NCBI GenBank assembly: GCA_951406725.2
Contig: OX597823.1
Location: forward strand, 64,046,001-64,110,000
Direction: 5' to 3'
Length of the DNA stretch: 64,000 nucleotides
DNA from: Octopus vulgaris
Taxonomy: Eukaryota
A program made the translations under genes and the position numbers. Positions 1 to 13,279 of the stretch are shown one piece after another (position 1 is the first letter of the stretch; every line of letters begins with the position of its first letter). The notes below the pieces were generated by a model. It was not told the origin of the DNA and did no database searches. It saw nothing but the letters and a program-made list of their open reading frames with translations.

Positions 1-75
1 GATGGCCTCATGGAGCTAATAAGCGGTAAGCTTTATTCTTATTTTTATAAGAATGCCATATTAGTATGGCGATAA

Positions 76-139
<64 letters not shown>

Positions 140-246
140 CATATATGTATATATACGTATGCATATATAAACTCCACATGCATACCAACATACACACATA
201 GATACATTCCTATGTATGTACATACGAATGTACGTATGTATGTGTG

Positions 247-277
<31 letters not shown>

Positions 278-764
278 ATATGAAGGTATATGCATTCTCA
301 AATGCATGTGCAGTATATACAGATATATTCATTTATCTAGTTTACATTCATTTTTTTTCTTATGTTCGTCTATGTTGCCATCATGAAAAAGTTAAGGTAT
401 TAAAAACGTTAATACATATATCTAAACTCAAATACAAAATGTAGATTCTAATTAAAAAAATGAATTAATAAATTATGAAAAAAAAAATTATCCAAAATTA
501 AAATTAAATCTAAACTGAAGGAATTTGGGAAGTAAAAGGGAGAGGTTCAGGGGCCAGCAACACTATAGAAGGAATGAAATGATTTTAGAGACCCTTTTGT
601 GCTACCAGTTTTTACTTCTTTTTGAACTAAGGAATGCAATGCTTTTTTTATTCTGCTGGTCTTTGAAAGCAAGAGACTACAGGGTGCATTGTTTATAATG
701 TTCATAGTGTTCGTATCTTATTGTTTTTGCTCAGACATATTTTCTTACAAGAATGCTGTGTCTG

Positions 765-824
<60 letters not shown>

Positions 825-894
825 AATATACATGTGTGTGCGAATGTGTGTGTATTTGTACCTAACTGTCTGTCTGCTTGTCTGCTTGTTTGTT

Positions 895-965
<71 letters not shown>

Positions 966-1182
966 TTGTATGTATGTTTATGTGTACTGTTTGCCTGTCT
1001 GTCTTTCTATCTGTCTATCTGTACATGCTATATGTATAACGGGAAGCTTTATGAAAATAAACAAAAGACGAAGGCAGGTGGAATACAAACAAACAATTGT
1101 ATTAGTATATGTATATGTCTGTCTGTCTATCTGTACATGATATACACACACACACACACATATATATACATAAATATATATA

Positions 1183-1273
<91 letters not shown>

Positions 1274-1437
1274 GTCTGTCTGTCTATATATGTGTTTATG
1301 TCTGTCAGTTTATCTATCTACCTATCTGTAAATATATGTATGTGTGAGTGTATATGTCTGTGTCTATGTGTATCTATCTCTCCATCCATCCATCCATCCA
1401 TCCATCTATCTATCTATCTATCTATCTATCTATATAT

Positions 1438-1474
<37 letters not shown>

Positions 1475-1857
1475 AATCAACTTACCTGTCTGCCTTGTTT
1501 TTGTACCTCAGCATCTCCCTATTTGCTTGTTTCTTTGTTTGACTCTGTCTAGTTCCTTGTCTCTCTCTCTCCATGTCTTTCTGTGTCTGTGTAACTGTCT
1601 GTGTGTTTAACTCTCTTACTCAAGTTCTGTCTGTCTATCAAAAATCTGCTTGTTTTCTTTTGTATTTTGTAAGTATTTGATTTCCTGTTTTACGAAAATC
1701 AGATTATTCTTACGATTCATTTCAAATTGTGAAGTTTGGTGTGGCATGAACGTCTCCTCTGACGTTCGCTAAGTAAGTTGGTCATAATTCATAATTCATA
1801 CAACAGAAACAACTGAGACTAGCAATAACAAATCCTTCAAGATATATAGATAGATAG

Positions 1858-1888
<31 letters not shown>

Positions 1889-2855
1889 TGTATGTATGTA
1901 TGTATGTATGTATGTATGTATGTATGTATGTATGTATGTATGTATGTATGTATGTATGTGTGTGTGCATGTATATGTGTGTGTGCATGTCAGTATGTATG
2001 TATGTATGTGTGTATGTATCTGTGTATGTATGTGTGTATGTATGTATGTATGTATGTATGTATGTATGTATGTATGCATGTATGTATGTGTGTATGTATC
2101 TGTGTATGTATATATGTATCTGTGTATGTATGTATGTATGTATGTATGTATGTATGTATCAGTGTATGTATGTGTGTATGTATGTATGTATGTATCAGTG
2201 TATGTATGTATGTATGTATGTATGTATGTATGTATGTATGTACGTATCTGTGTATGTATGTGTGTATGTATGTATGTATGTGTGTGTGTTTGTGTATGTA
2301 TGTATATATGTATGTGTGTATGTATGCATGTATGTATCTATCTATACACACACATATATACGTTCTATTGGGGCATATAAGCTCTTGATGGAAAAAATGG
2401 ATAAATATGCATGGGAATTGAACCCACTCCTCTTAATTTTGTTTTGTTTACACACCACTCTGTCTATCTGTCTGTCTGTCTGTCTATCTATCCATCCATC
2501 CATCCATCCATCCAGCCAGCCAGCTAGCCATCCGCATACATATATGTATACATATATAAATCCGTATATTTATATATAAAATCTATCTAGCTATCTGTCT
2601 GTTTGTCTATATATATATATATGTGTGTGTATACACACACACACACATACATACATACATTCTATCTATTTATCTGTCTGTTTGTCTATATATATGTATG
2701 TGTGTGTATACACACACACAGACACACACACACACAAACACACACACACTCACACACACACATACATACATACATACATACATACATGCATGCAGACTTG
2801 CACACAAGCATGTACATGCACACACACACACATGCATGCACGCACACATGCATAT

Positions 2856-2901
<46 letters not shown>

Positions 2902-3290
2902 ACATTTATATTATATATTATATATTCTTTTGTTTTCACTATGTAAGTCCATTGTTTAAGAGATAATCATGCTTGCTCTGAGGATGATAGTTTTGGTAAT
3001 TTTTTTTTTCCTTCGAAAACATTTTATTTCAAATTTCTGTTACACAATTAAAGAAGTTCCAGCAGTAACATCATCAGCAACATCAACAACAAATACAAGA
3101 AATCAAAGAATGATAAAGGTGAAAAGAAAATGTCTTATTATAGTAGATTATGTATTGTGTATACAATTGAAATACATCTGTGATAAAGTAAGACTGTTGA
3201 AATATAGTAAAAGATATAATTTATTTAAATTGCAAAAATAACAGCAACATCATGTGTGCTTATCAATACACACTCACACACACATAGATG

Positions 3291-4432
3291 CAGTTGTATC
3301 AAAATTTCCCTGACTAGTTCTGTAGTGCACCAACAGATTGCAACACACGGTTCTGTGTGTAGTGAGAGCTAGCAGTGACCTTCATGAAGCAGTGTATCGA
3401 GTGACATTGCTCTTTACTTTGCAAGTTGTGAAATGTTTGTTGTTATGATCATGTGTATGCTGTAGTTTGTGAGTTTTCGTGGACAGAAAGTCTGCTACGG
3501 AGACAATGAACATGCTTTGGCAGGCTTACAGCAGCCGTTCAAGAATTTAGACCAAGAGATCTCCATTTCCAGCGACTTCAAGGGACACCTCCCAGTGGTG
3601 TTGGGTGTCAACGAAGAGCCCTTGACTACAAGATGAACAAAGTTTTTTTTTCCAAGGTCTGGGGTCTCCCACCCCTAAGCCCTAAGCCATCACCTATTCA
3701 CCCTTAACCGTCTTGTTGCTTAACAAGAACAACAAGCTTACAGCAACGAAGCAAAGGGTTATATGCACTGTTTCGAGTGGCACGGGGTGCTACAAAAGCA
3801 GAAGAACTTCCCTAGAAGACGATGAGTGATCTGGAAAACCTGCCATGAGTATCACCCCCAGGAATAGGGAGAAAATTCATGAGGTTGTGCATGATAATTG
3901 TCAGGGGACAATCAACGACATTGCTGGTGTTGGTCTGTTGTATGGGTCAGTGCAAACAATCCTAACATCTGAATTGAACATGCAACATGTTTCTGCTAAG
4001 TTTTTTCCCCCACTTGCTGAGCACTGAGCAGAGAGAACATCATGTTAAAGTCTGTCAAAATCTCTGTCAGTGTGCCGTTGATGACCCATCCTTCATGTCG
4101 AGGATCACGACTGGTGATGAGAGTTGGGTCTATGGGTATGACCCTAAGATGAAGCAACAGTCATCAACAATGGAAGAGCCCTTCATCTCCATGACTGAAG
4201 AAGGCACGACAGAGTCGCAGTTCAATCAAGGGCATGCTCAACGTTTTTCCCAACACATGGTATTGTGCATTGAGAATTCATCTCTCCAGGCCAGAATACA
4301 AAAATGGCAGGAATGCTGAGACCGGTGTATTGCTGTGCAAGGTGACTATTTCGAAGGAGATGATGTTAGAACTTGCATAAATAAGTTATTTTTTAATTAA
4401 ACATAACTAGTCTGGGAACATCTTGATACCAC
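3291..4432 (+). mobile_element. Degenerate mariner (Tc1/mariner) DNA transposon with a nested retroposon insertion
   Basis: Imperfect TIRs gttgtatcaaaatttccctgactagtt ... aactagtctgggaacatcttgataccacc. Transposase remnants KSATETMNMLWQAY|SNEAKGYMHCFEWH and ITTGDESWVYGYDPKMKQQSS, with frameshifts and an internal deletion. Confidence 0.85.
3534..3735 (+). mobile_element. 202-bp retroposed insertion (5'-truncated LINE or SINE end) with a 10-bp TSD
   Basis: gcttacagca is duplicated at 3524-3533 and 3736-3745. The insert ends in an aacaagaacaacaa tail, and removing it rejoins the mariner peptide. Confidence 0.8.
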
Positions 4433-4477
4433 CATACATGCATACACATATATATAATATAAATTGCATATATACAG

Positions 4478-4529
<52 letters not shown>

Positions 4530-7484
4530 ATTATAATTATTAATGAAGATTAATTCCGAATCCACAGGAATGAGACGTTCAAATTAAAGATACTAAATTG
4601 AACTTCTCTCAATATTTTATTCGTATATATAAAAGTATTTTTAGAGACAGAACCACACTCAACTCAATCAACATTAGAAGATATTATACCCGACCAAGCC
4701 ATCAAATATACAACAAATACTAAGAATGTAGAATGAATAGACTTCTTCAAATATATTTGATGGCTCAGTGGCAGTCCCAGTAGCATTCTTCCCTTTCCTG
4801 GGACTGCCACATTAAGTTGGCAACAAACCATCACTATATACATATATATATATATATGTATATATTCTGTCTGGCATTCGCTATGATAGATCACTAGCCA
4901 CTACCGATTCTTTATTTTCTCTCCTTGTTTCTTTCTGTGGAAGAGTGTAGGCTTGAAGTGTTAAAGACTTTTTCACTTCCCGAGCATTATATGAATACAT
5001 CTGTTTGTTGTCTACACCACCTGTCTTCGTCTTTTGTTTCTTTTGTGAATTCTCCCCCTATATATACACACACATACATGTATTGCTCAATATGTAGGAA
5101 ATATGCAAATAGAAATTCTGTATGGGTGTATTCTGGACACATAAGAGGTGGAGCAGAGGAAGCAGTCTTTGAGTGTAGCAGATGTGCAGGTACAACAGAC
5201 ACTAAGAATATAGAGTGAATAGACTTCTTCAAATATCCAGGAGGATCCTTAGTAGCAGAGAGCTTCCTTTATCATCTCATTTTCTTTTAAACACTTTGTT
5301 CTGAAGTAGGTGTGTATTGAGTTCTACATCCGATTATTAGTCTTCCAATGGCCTAAGTGAAATATTAAAACAGTGAGTGAGTGTGCGTATGTGTGTGTGT
5401 GTGTGTGTGTCCACAAGAGACCAATAAAATAAGTATCAGGTATTATATAATAAGTATTGGGATCGATTCACTCAACTAAAATTCCTCAAGGTAGTGCCCC
5501 TTTAGCATAGCCACTGAAACAAGTGAAAGGTAAATGATAAAGATAAAAGATAGCTAAAATTGCATTTGAGTAATTTCTGAAAAACACAATCTAAAAAACA
5601 TAAGCAAAAACAAATAAAATGTGTTTGAATTGATAAACTTGTGCATAATTATGACTTCCACACAACTAATTAGCCAACACTGGTGCCAAGCTGTAACAGC
5701 CTTTGCCTTTCTCTTGGATAACATCGGAGGTATGACGAGGGGAGGCTGGTATGCATGGATAACTGCTGGTCTTCCATAAAACAACTTACCCAGACTTGGG
5801 CCTTGGAAGGGAACTTTCTAGGTGTAAACCTATGGTCATTCATGACTGAAGGATGAAGGGGTTCTTTACCCTTTTGCTCTTTATATTCACACTGTTTTGA
5901 ATAAATCATGCATTATGTTGTAGCTTTGAAATTTGAATGATGTGAGCGTTTATTTTTAGTATGACATTGAAGGATAGGTGTGAGAGGCCTGATCTGGCCA
6001 GTTTGAATATAAAACTTGCAGAATATTTTGGCCAGATACAGCCAGTTTAAATGCTAAATGATAGAGGGACATGGATGAAAATATAGTCCTGAGTTCTGTG
6101 AACAATGAAAGAAAGACAGGATGGTCCAGCTGACATTTTTAAAATCATAGATTGGCTTGGTTAGCAATCGACCCAGGGCTAAATAATAGCAACAACAATA
6201 ACAACAGCATCTGAAGAACTGAAAGGTAAAAATCATCCTTGATGAGATTTGAACTCAATAATTGAACTCAAAATTGAAGTTAATACTGCTTGGTAGTTCG
6301 TTAGTTCATTTGATACCTTGTCGATTCCCCCTATCATCACCCACCACCATCCTCTTTCCAGTTAATAATAGTAAAAAGAAAGAAACAACACGTTTATAAC
6401 AAAAATGATTGGCACTGATTAGCTTATTTTGTCTTTGAATACATCTGATCTTTACAATAAACATTGATTTTTTTTTTTCATTTTTATTTTTGGTTCATAG
6501 TTCTTATATTTCTATTTCTTTTTCTATAGTATTTTTTTGGAAGTTTATGCATTTTATTACTTTATTTCTTATTAAAACATTTAAAATAAATAATATTTTT
6601 AGTTATATATCAAATGTATCTAAAATCAATTGAAAGGGACATTTGATGGAAAGTTATTCAAAAGAAACGTCTAGAAACTAGAAAATTAATATAGGTTTCA
6701 TGTTTATATTTTATTATTCTTTTGTTGTTGCTGCTTATTATTTCGTTTGTATTTATATTTGTATTTTTTCACATTCTGATTTATCGCTATTATATAATGA
6801 CATTTATGTCAGCAGAGGTTTTGATAAATATGCTTCTCGTAGACTATAATAAGAATTTATGCTACAAGTTTGGTCAAGTAGAAAGAGTTTCTTCTCATTT
6901 AAAACACCTCTCTTATTTTCTTTACAAGAAATAAATATTATTTGCTCTCAGAAATTATTACTTTCTTTTCTCATAATCATGATTATGGTTATTTTATTAT
7001 GGATTAATACAACAGTGGTGGAGGGGCAGAGATTTGTATAGATTGACAAACAAAACACCCTGTGCTGACTTTAGTGACTTTTTACTGTTCTGGATTTAAA
7101 ACCCCCATCTCAATCAACTCTGTTTGACATACTTTCTAAGTTGTTAATATAAAGTGGCCCTTCTATACCTTCTGTCTATATCACATACCTAAACCAATCA
7201 TGTTTTCTCTACTGCATGCATCTGATTCCTATTATATCCATTTTTAGTCCCTTCTCAGCTCTGTTGTTTATGCACCCTATCATCATACATCCAGGCGAGT
7301 GTGCTCACCTCCTTTCTCTCTGGAGTTGATAAATAATTGTGTGTATCATTTCCACTTTCTTTTTCTTCCCTTTAAACTGTGACCTTTAAACTCTTCTACG
7401 TTAGAAGAGGTAGTATATTTGCACAATCAAGGGAATAATGGAGAAATATTTGGTAATATTTTACTGTGCTTAAGGTGGCGAGTG

Positions 7485-7985
7485 TGGCGGCACATGGCCT
7501 AGTGATTAGAGCAGCGGACTTGCGGTCAAGGGATCGCAGTTTCAAATCTCAGACCAGGCGATGTGTGTGTTTATGAGCGAAAACACCTAAGCTCCACACG
7601 GCTCCAGCAGAAGGTAATGGTGAACTTCTGCTGACTCTTTCGCCACAACTTTTCTCTCATTCTTTCTTCCTGCATCTAGTCAGCTCACCTGTGACAGACT
7701 GGCATCCCGTTCAAGTGGGGAACCTATGCGCCAAGGAAACTGGGAAACTGGCCCTTATAAGCCAAGTATGGCTCGAGAAGAAACAAGCACATGGCTTAGT
7801 GGGTTGAGCAACGAATCTCAGACTGGGCAATGTGTGTGCTTATAGGCAAAACACATAAGCTCCACGCAGTTCCGGCAGAAGATAATGGCAAGTTTCTAAC
7901 TCTTTTTCCACAGCTATCTCTCACTCTTTCCTCCTGCATCTAGTAGCTCACCTGCGATGGACCGGTGTCCTGTCCAGGTGGGGAG
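7485..7985 (+). mobile_element. SINE family C (tggcctagtg..tagagcagcggact..gcggtc..ggatcgc..tttc..atctcagacc), tandem pair
   Basis: tRNA-derived head. Other copies lie at about 22580-22765(-), 48700-49007(-), 52545-52665(+) and 62235-62527(-). Confidence 0.8.
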
Positions 7986-8338
7986 TTCTTGTCTCGTCTA
8001 CCTCCTTGCTGTAGTCTGTGCTACATACTTCTCAGTTAACTGTAGTTATGACTAAGTTCATAGTGACTTGTGAGATTGTAAGTCTGAGTAATAGCTTCAT
8101 TTGAAAGCGTACATTCACCACTTCATGTGTTGTTTTGCAGACTTCCTTTTTATCACTGAGACTTAATTAGTAACAATGATTGAATTCATTGCTACTCTGT
8201 TAGCCCTACTGCCAGTGGCCCAGCAACAAAATTTGCTAAGGGGGTGCAAACCCAGGTCCTAATTTTTTAATGAAAAATGTAGATTTTTCCAATGTTAACA
8301 TTAAAACAAATGCAGGAATAATGATAATTTTTATTATT

Positions 8339-8545
8339 ATGAGGGTTGGATGAAATGTTCATAATCTGGGCAAGACACTCTCAATGGAATGTGACCAAAT
8401 GAAATTCATTTTCTAACATAGTTCCTCTTACTGTCCACACACTTTCATAAGTAGTTGCAGTGCTTGGATCACACTTGTGAAGAAGGTTTTCGAAGAAGTT
8501 TTTCTATTGATCAAAATGGTCATCAACAATAGATAGTCTCTCAAC
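8339..8545 (-). mobile_element. Mariner 3' terminal remnant
   Basis: The minus strand reads approximately FFTSVIQALQ..KCVDSKRNYVRK, similar to the mariner C-terminus GIxALxHRWxKCVxxxGDYVEK, followed by a TIR-like end (gagggttggatgaaatgttcat on plus). Confidence 0.65.
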
Positions 8546-9135
8546 AGGAAGTATCTCATCCTTGGAGCTATCCAGGAAGTCCTTGGGAGTTTCCAGGAAG
8601 CCTCATCCTTTGAACTTTCCAGGAAGTCCTTGGCATTCTCCAGGAAGTCTCATCCTCGGAACTGTCTGGGAAGTCCTTGGAACTGTCTGGGAAGTCCTCG
8701 GAACTGTCTGGGAAGTCCTCGGAATTTTCAAGGAAGTTTCATCCTCGGAATTTTCCAGATAGACTCACCCTCGGAACTTTCCAGGAAATCCTCGGAATTT
8801 CCAGGAAATAACCTCCTCGTAACTTTCAGGAAGTCCTTGGAATTTTCCAGGAAGTGTCATTCAGCGGAACTTTCCAGTAAGTCTTCGGAATTTTCCAGGA
8901 AGACTTATTCTTGAAACTTTCCAGGAAAACTCACCCTCGGACATTTCCAGGAAAACTCACCCTCGGACATTTCCAGGAAGTCTCCTATCCTCGGAATTTT
9001 CCAGGAAATATCATCCTCGGAACTTTTCAGGAAGTCTCTCATCCTCGGAACTTTTCAGGAAGTCCTTGGCATTTCCCAGGAAGTCTCATCCTCGGAACTT
9101 TCCAGGAAGTCTCTAATCATCGGAATTTTCCAGAG
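8545..9135. repeat. Minisatellite of about 21-bp units (cggaa[c/t]tttccaggaagtcct) with longer variants carrying ctcatc
   Basis: More than 20 diverged tandem units; it explains the repetitive ORFs at 8562-9219. Confidence 0.9.
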
Positions 9136-9980
9136 GTTAAGTCAATTATGTTGACACCAGTGTGCAACTGGTACTTGTTTTATCGACCCAGAAAGGATGA
9201 AAGGCAAAGTCAACCTTGACAGAATTGTAAATATGGATGAAATACAGTTAAGCACTTTGCCTGATGTGCTAACCATTCTGCCAGCTTGCCACCTGCCTGT
9301 AGGCTAATAGTCATATCATCCAACAGGGGGCATAACTTGGAGATCAGCATATCTCTCCAGGTGAAGATGTTATTTGTGTAAATTGAGAGGCCACATCACT
9401 GGTCATACAGACATATGATTAGAACATCACAGGAAAGAACCGCAAAACAGATTCTTCAAGCCAACCAACAGGGGACCTATGGGTAGACCTAGAACAAACT
9501 GTTGGATAGTATCTATAGTCTCAGTTAGTTGCTCTTGGGATGGGAATCCAGTCAGGGAAATTAATGTTAGCTGCTTCTGATAGGACAATATAGAGGAGAT
9601 GCCTAAAGATTCTATTCTCTGGAACAGTGGACAGAAAAGATGGATGAAGATGAATGGGTGGATTGATGGATGAATTTCCAAGTAACTACAATCTTTTACA
9701 TTCTACCGAGAAAACATCCACCAATCAGATGCTACCTTACAAGTGTTTTTATGCTTATGTACTTATGTATACACTTGCCATAGATGCTACGCAGTGCAAT
9801 CAAACCTAAAAGCAGTTGTTTGTGAAGTGAACTACTTAACCACAGTGCTCTCTTGTCTGCACTTTGTTTCTGTTTACATGTAATATATTAGATTAAGTTT
9901 TCTTAATATTTATTTCTGGAATAAGAGATTAAAGACATTCTTTTGTTATAATGCCGCATAGACAATGTGTAAATATAGAT

Positions 9981-10016
<36 letters not shown>

Positions 10017-10926
10017 GTATATGTATATGTATAAATATATATCTATATGAATATATTGATATATATATATGTGTATATATATTTACACACACGTGAATGT
10101 ATACATCCATCTATCTATCTCTCTGTGTATATATATATACATATATATATGTACTCATGCACACTCATATGTATGCACATGCACACACATGGCAACATGC
10201 ACATGCACGCACATGTACCCATACAAATAGGCTTTTTCTTTTAAATTATTAAATTAGAATGTAAATGAATTTTGGTGGTATCATATATTTCATTTACATT
10301 TTTTGCCATTACGTTTATTTTGAATTCTCTCTGCCCCTCGTCTCTCTCTCTCTCTCCCGCTCGCTCTCTCTCACTCTCACTCTCTCTTTGTCTCTCTCTT
10401 TGTTATTGTCTTTATTTATTCAGGGGAAATATTAAATATTAGTTACTTGCAAAAGGAATTTTATGAATGCTAAATAGAATTAGTCTTCATAGAGTAAATA
10501 AAAAGATTTTATTAATCAAGAATTATGCAAAAGTAGATTAACTTTTCTTCTTACTCTGCAGGGTTTCCTCCTACTTGCTTACTCTTCCTTTCCCTCACAC
10601 TAAGTCTTTTTTCTCTCTCTTTCTCACTGTCATGCATGCATACATCTTTATGTGTCTGTATACATTAAATGCATACATACATGCATATATATATATATAT
10701 GTATGTATATATATATATATATGAATGATATATATATATATCCATGTGTGTATTTCTGCTTATATAGAGTACTAGTGTGTATATGCATATATATATATAT
10801 ATATACATACATACATGCATACATATATATACACATATATATGTATACATATATATATATACATACGTATATATGTATATATATATATATATATACATAC
10901 ATACATGCATACACACATATATATAC

Positions 10927-10963
<37 letters not shown>

Positions 10964-11398
10964 TATATACATATACATACATATATATAAATATATATAT
11001 GCATACATGCATACATACCCATACACACACACACATGCTTCTCTATATGTGTGTGTAGAAAGTTGACAACAAAAATAACAACTTGAAAGACCAACTGAAA
11101 ACAATGTTCAGTTTTTATATTAGCGCTCAAGGAAAGAATGCGTAACAGTCTTTGATATTTCTAACTGAAGGTCTTCTCCAGGCAAATAGACAAACAGAAA
11201 TAACCGAAATAAAGTGAAAAATATTGAACATAGAAGAAATATAACTAAATTTACTTCATGCCATCTTAGTAGTTGCCAGAGGTTAGAAATGGCCAAGATA
11301 TAGGGAAATGGAAAGATCAACGGAGGAAATAAATATAAGGTATGTGTATATGAGTGTATAGCTAGGTATGTGTGAATGCATGTTTGTGCGCTATTGAG

Positions 11399-11434
<36 letters not shown>

Positions 11435-11582
11435 GTGAAAAAATCCTGTCATACACATACACATACATACATACATACATACATACATACATACATACAT
11501 ACATACATACATACATACATACATACATACATACGTACATACATACATACATATATATATACATATATATATATACAGCTCA

Positions 11583-11813
11583 TGGGCGGCAAGCTGGCAG
11601 AATCCTTAGCATGCCGGGTGAAATGCTTAGCAGTGTTTCGTCTGCCATTACATTCTGAGTTCAAATTCCACCGAGTTTGCCTTTGCCTTTCATCTTTTCG
11701 GGGTCGATAAATTAAGTGCCAGTTATGCACTGGTTTCGATGTAATCGACTTAATCCCTTTGTCTGTCTTTGTCTGTCCCCTCTATGTTTAGCCCCTTGTG
11801 GGCAATAAAAAAA
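11583..11813 (+). mobile_element. SINE family B (ggcggcaagctggcagaat...gagttcaaattcc...gcctttcatcctttcggggtcg)
   Basis: tRNA-like A and B boxes. Other copies lie at about 9120-9295(-), 14580-14769(-), 16590-16825(-), 27257-27495(+), 31490-31700(+), 35310-35520(+), 51720-52195(+, two copies) and 55595-55812(-). Confidence 0.85.
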
Positions 11814-11904
11814 ATATATATACACACACAAACATTCATACACACATACACATATATATTTATAAATACATATATATGTATATATATATTTATTTTATAG
11901 AAGG

Positions 11905-11955
11905 AGCTTCTACAGGACTAGAACTGTTTCATTCAAATGAAATCATCAGGAAGCT
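11905..11955 (-). ncRNA. Type I hammerhead ribozyme motif
   Basis: Minus strand reads agcttc-CTGATGA-tttcatttgaat-GAAA-cag-ttctagtc-ctg-TA-gaagct. This gives a perfect 6-bp stem I, intact core, short stem II (ttc/gaa), stem III cag/ctg and a GUA cleavage triplet. Confidence 0.8.
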
Positions 11956-12121
11956 TGCTGTCAAAATAAGACATATATGTATATATAGATGAGTTAATTA
12001 GAAGATATATTAACCTGTTAAAGCGATGATTACATCCAAGAAAACACTGGTTCTATACCTTATGTCTTTGGGAAATAAAATTTCCCTTAATCAATATGTA
12101 TATATATTAAGTATGTAATCC

Positions 12122-12538
12122 GTATCAAATTAAGAGAAGAAAATGGAGAGTTAGTGGTTAATATTTGTTTATTAATAAATTGATAATCCTTTTTTCCCAC
12201 GGCTGTTTCCATTTATAATCACTGGATAAATTACATATTTATGCATTAAATTTGCATTTATATGTAATGAGCAAAATATCATCAGGTTGACATGTTGACC
12301 TGTGTGTTCGTTTCAGGCTGACATGTTGACCTGTGTGTTCGTTTCAGGTTGACATGTTGACCTGTGTGTTCGTTTCCCTGATGATATTTTGCTCATAACT
12401 TACAAATGCAAATTTAATGCAAAAATATGTAATTTATCCAATGAGTATTAATGGAAACAGCTGTAGGAAGAAATAATTATGAATTCATTAATTAATAAAT
12501 ATTAACCACTAACTCTCTATTTTCTTTTAATTTAATAC
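12122..12538. repeat. Long imperfect inverted repeat (about 165-bp arms, each carrying an HHR core) with a 3 x 31-bp tandem spacer; Penelope-like pLTR or retrozyme remnant
   Basis: Arms at about 12122-12286 and 12377-12538 are reverse complements. The spacer unit caggttgacatgttgacctgtgtgttcgttt starts at 12283, 12314 and 12345. The left-arm HHR (minus strand) has a mutated GUG triplet. Confidence 0.85.
12373..12470 (+). ncRNA. Minimal type I hammerhead ribozyme motif with palindromic stem III (Penelope-like)
   Basis: tttcc-CTGATGA(12378-12384)-long stem II (tatt/aatg, ctcat/atgag, ttaca/tgtaa, gca/tgc)-GAAA(12454-12457)-CAGCTG-TA-ggaag. GUA triplet, predicted cleavage after 12465. Confidence 0.75.
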
Positions 12539-12672
12539 AGTGTATATATATATATATATATAGGCCTGCTCGCCTAGCCAGCGAGGTGGCGTCATTTGAA
12601 GGCTAAAACAATGCCAAGCATATTGTGACCAGCGATGTGTAGCAACATCTGATAGCCTGGTCGGTCACGGTG

Positions 12673-12712
<40 letters not shown>

Positions 12713-12732
12713 TGTGTGTGTATATATATATA

Positions 12733-12786
<54 letters not shown>

Positions 12787-12999
12787 GCATTTTTCAGTTT
12801 CTGTCTATGAAATCTATTCACAAAATTTTGGTCAACCCAAGGCAAAGTAGAAGGCACCTTCTACCAAGGTGCCACACAGTGTGACTGAACCCCGAACCAT
12901 GTAGTTGGGAAGCAAGCTTCTTACCACACAGCCACACTATGTGTATATGTATATGTGTGTGTGTGAGTGCATGTGTGTGTGTGTATGTGAACATGTGTA

Positions 13000-13145
13000 T
13001 CAGGTAAGAAGCTTTCTTCTCAGTTGCATGGTTCTGGGTTCAGCTTCACTGTGTGGCCTGTTGGGCAAATGTTTTCTACTGTAACCTTGGGCTGACTAAA
13101 GCCTTTTGAGTGGATTTGGAAGACAGAAACTTAAAGATGCCTATC

Positions 13146-13199
<54 letters not shown>

Positions 13200-13207
13200 A
13201 TGTATGT

Positions 13208-13279
<72 letters not shown>

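Noticed and set aside
1703-1772. Possible upstream non-coding exon (aaaatcag| ... |gtaagt) of the CFAP65-like gene
   Set aside because: It has plausible splice dinucleotides only, all frames have stops, and there is no way to link it without transcript data.
753-2966. Long ORFs such as MYVCMYVC..., YLSIYLSI..., HTHTHT... (here and throughout the window)
   Set aside because: They are translations of stop-free microsatellites, with no protein-like content or splice support.
4928-4970. HHR-like remnant tctttctgtggaagagtgtaggcttgaagtgttaaaga (and a similar minus-strand one at about 11148-11187)
   Set aside because: Both core halves are mutated, so they are too degenerate to call, although they may be relics of the same class.
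7485-7560. tRNA-like sequences at SINE heads
   Set aside because: They have A and B boxes but continue into repeated SINE bodies and do not form complete cloverleaves.
12283-12375. 3 x 31-bp repeats resembling a CRISPR array (also the 87-bp and 21-bp arrays)
   Set aside because: The repeats are contiguous with no unique spacers, there are no cas genes, and the context is eukaryotic.
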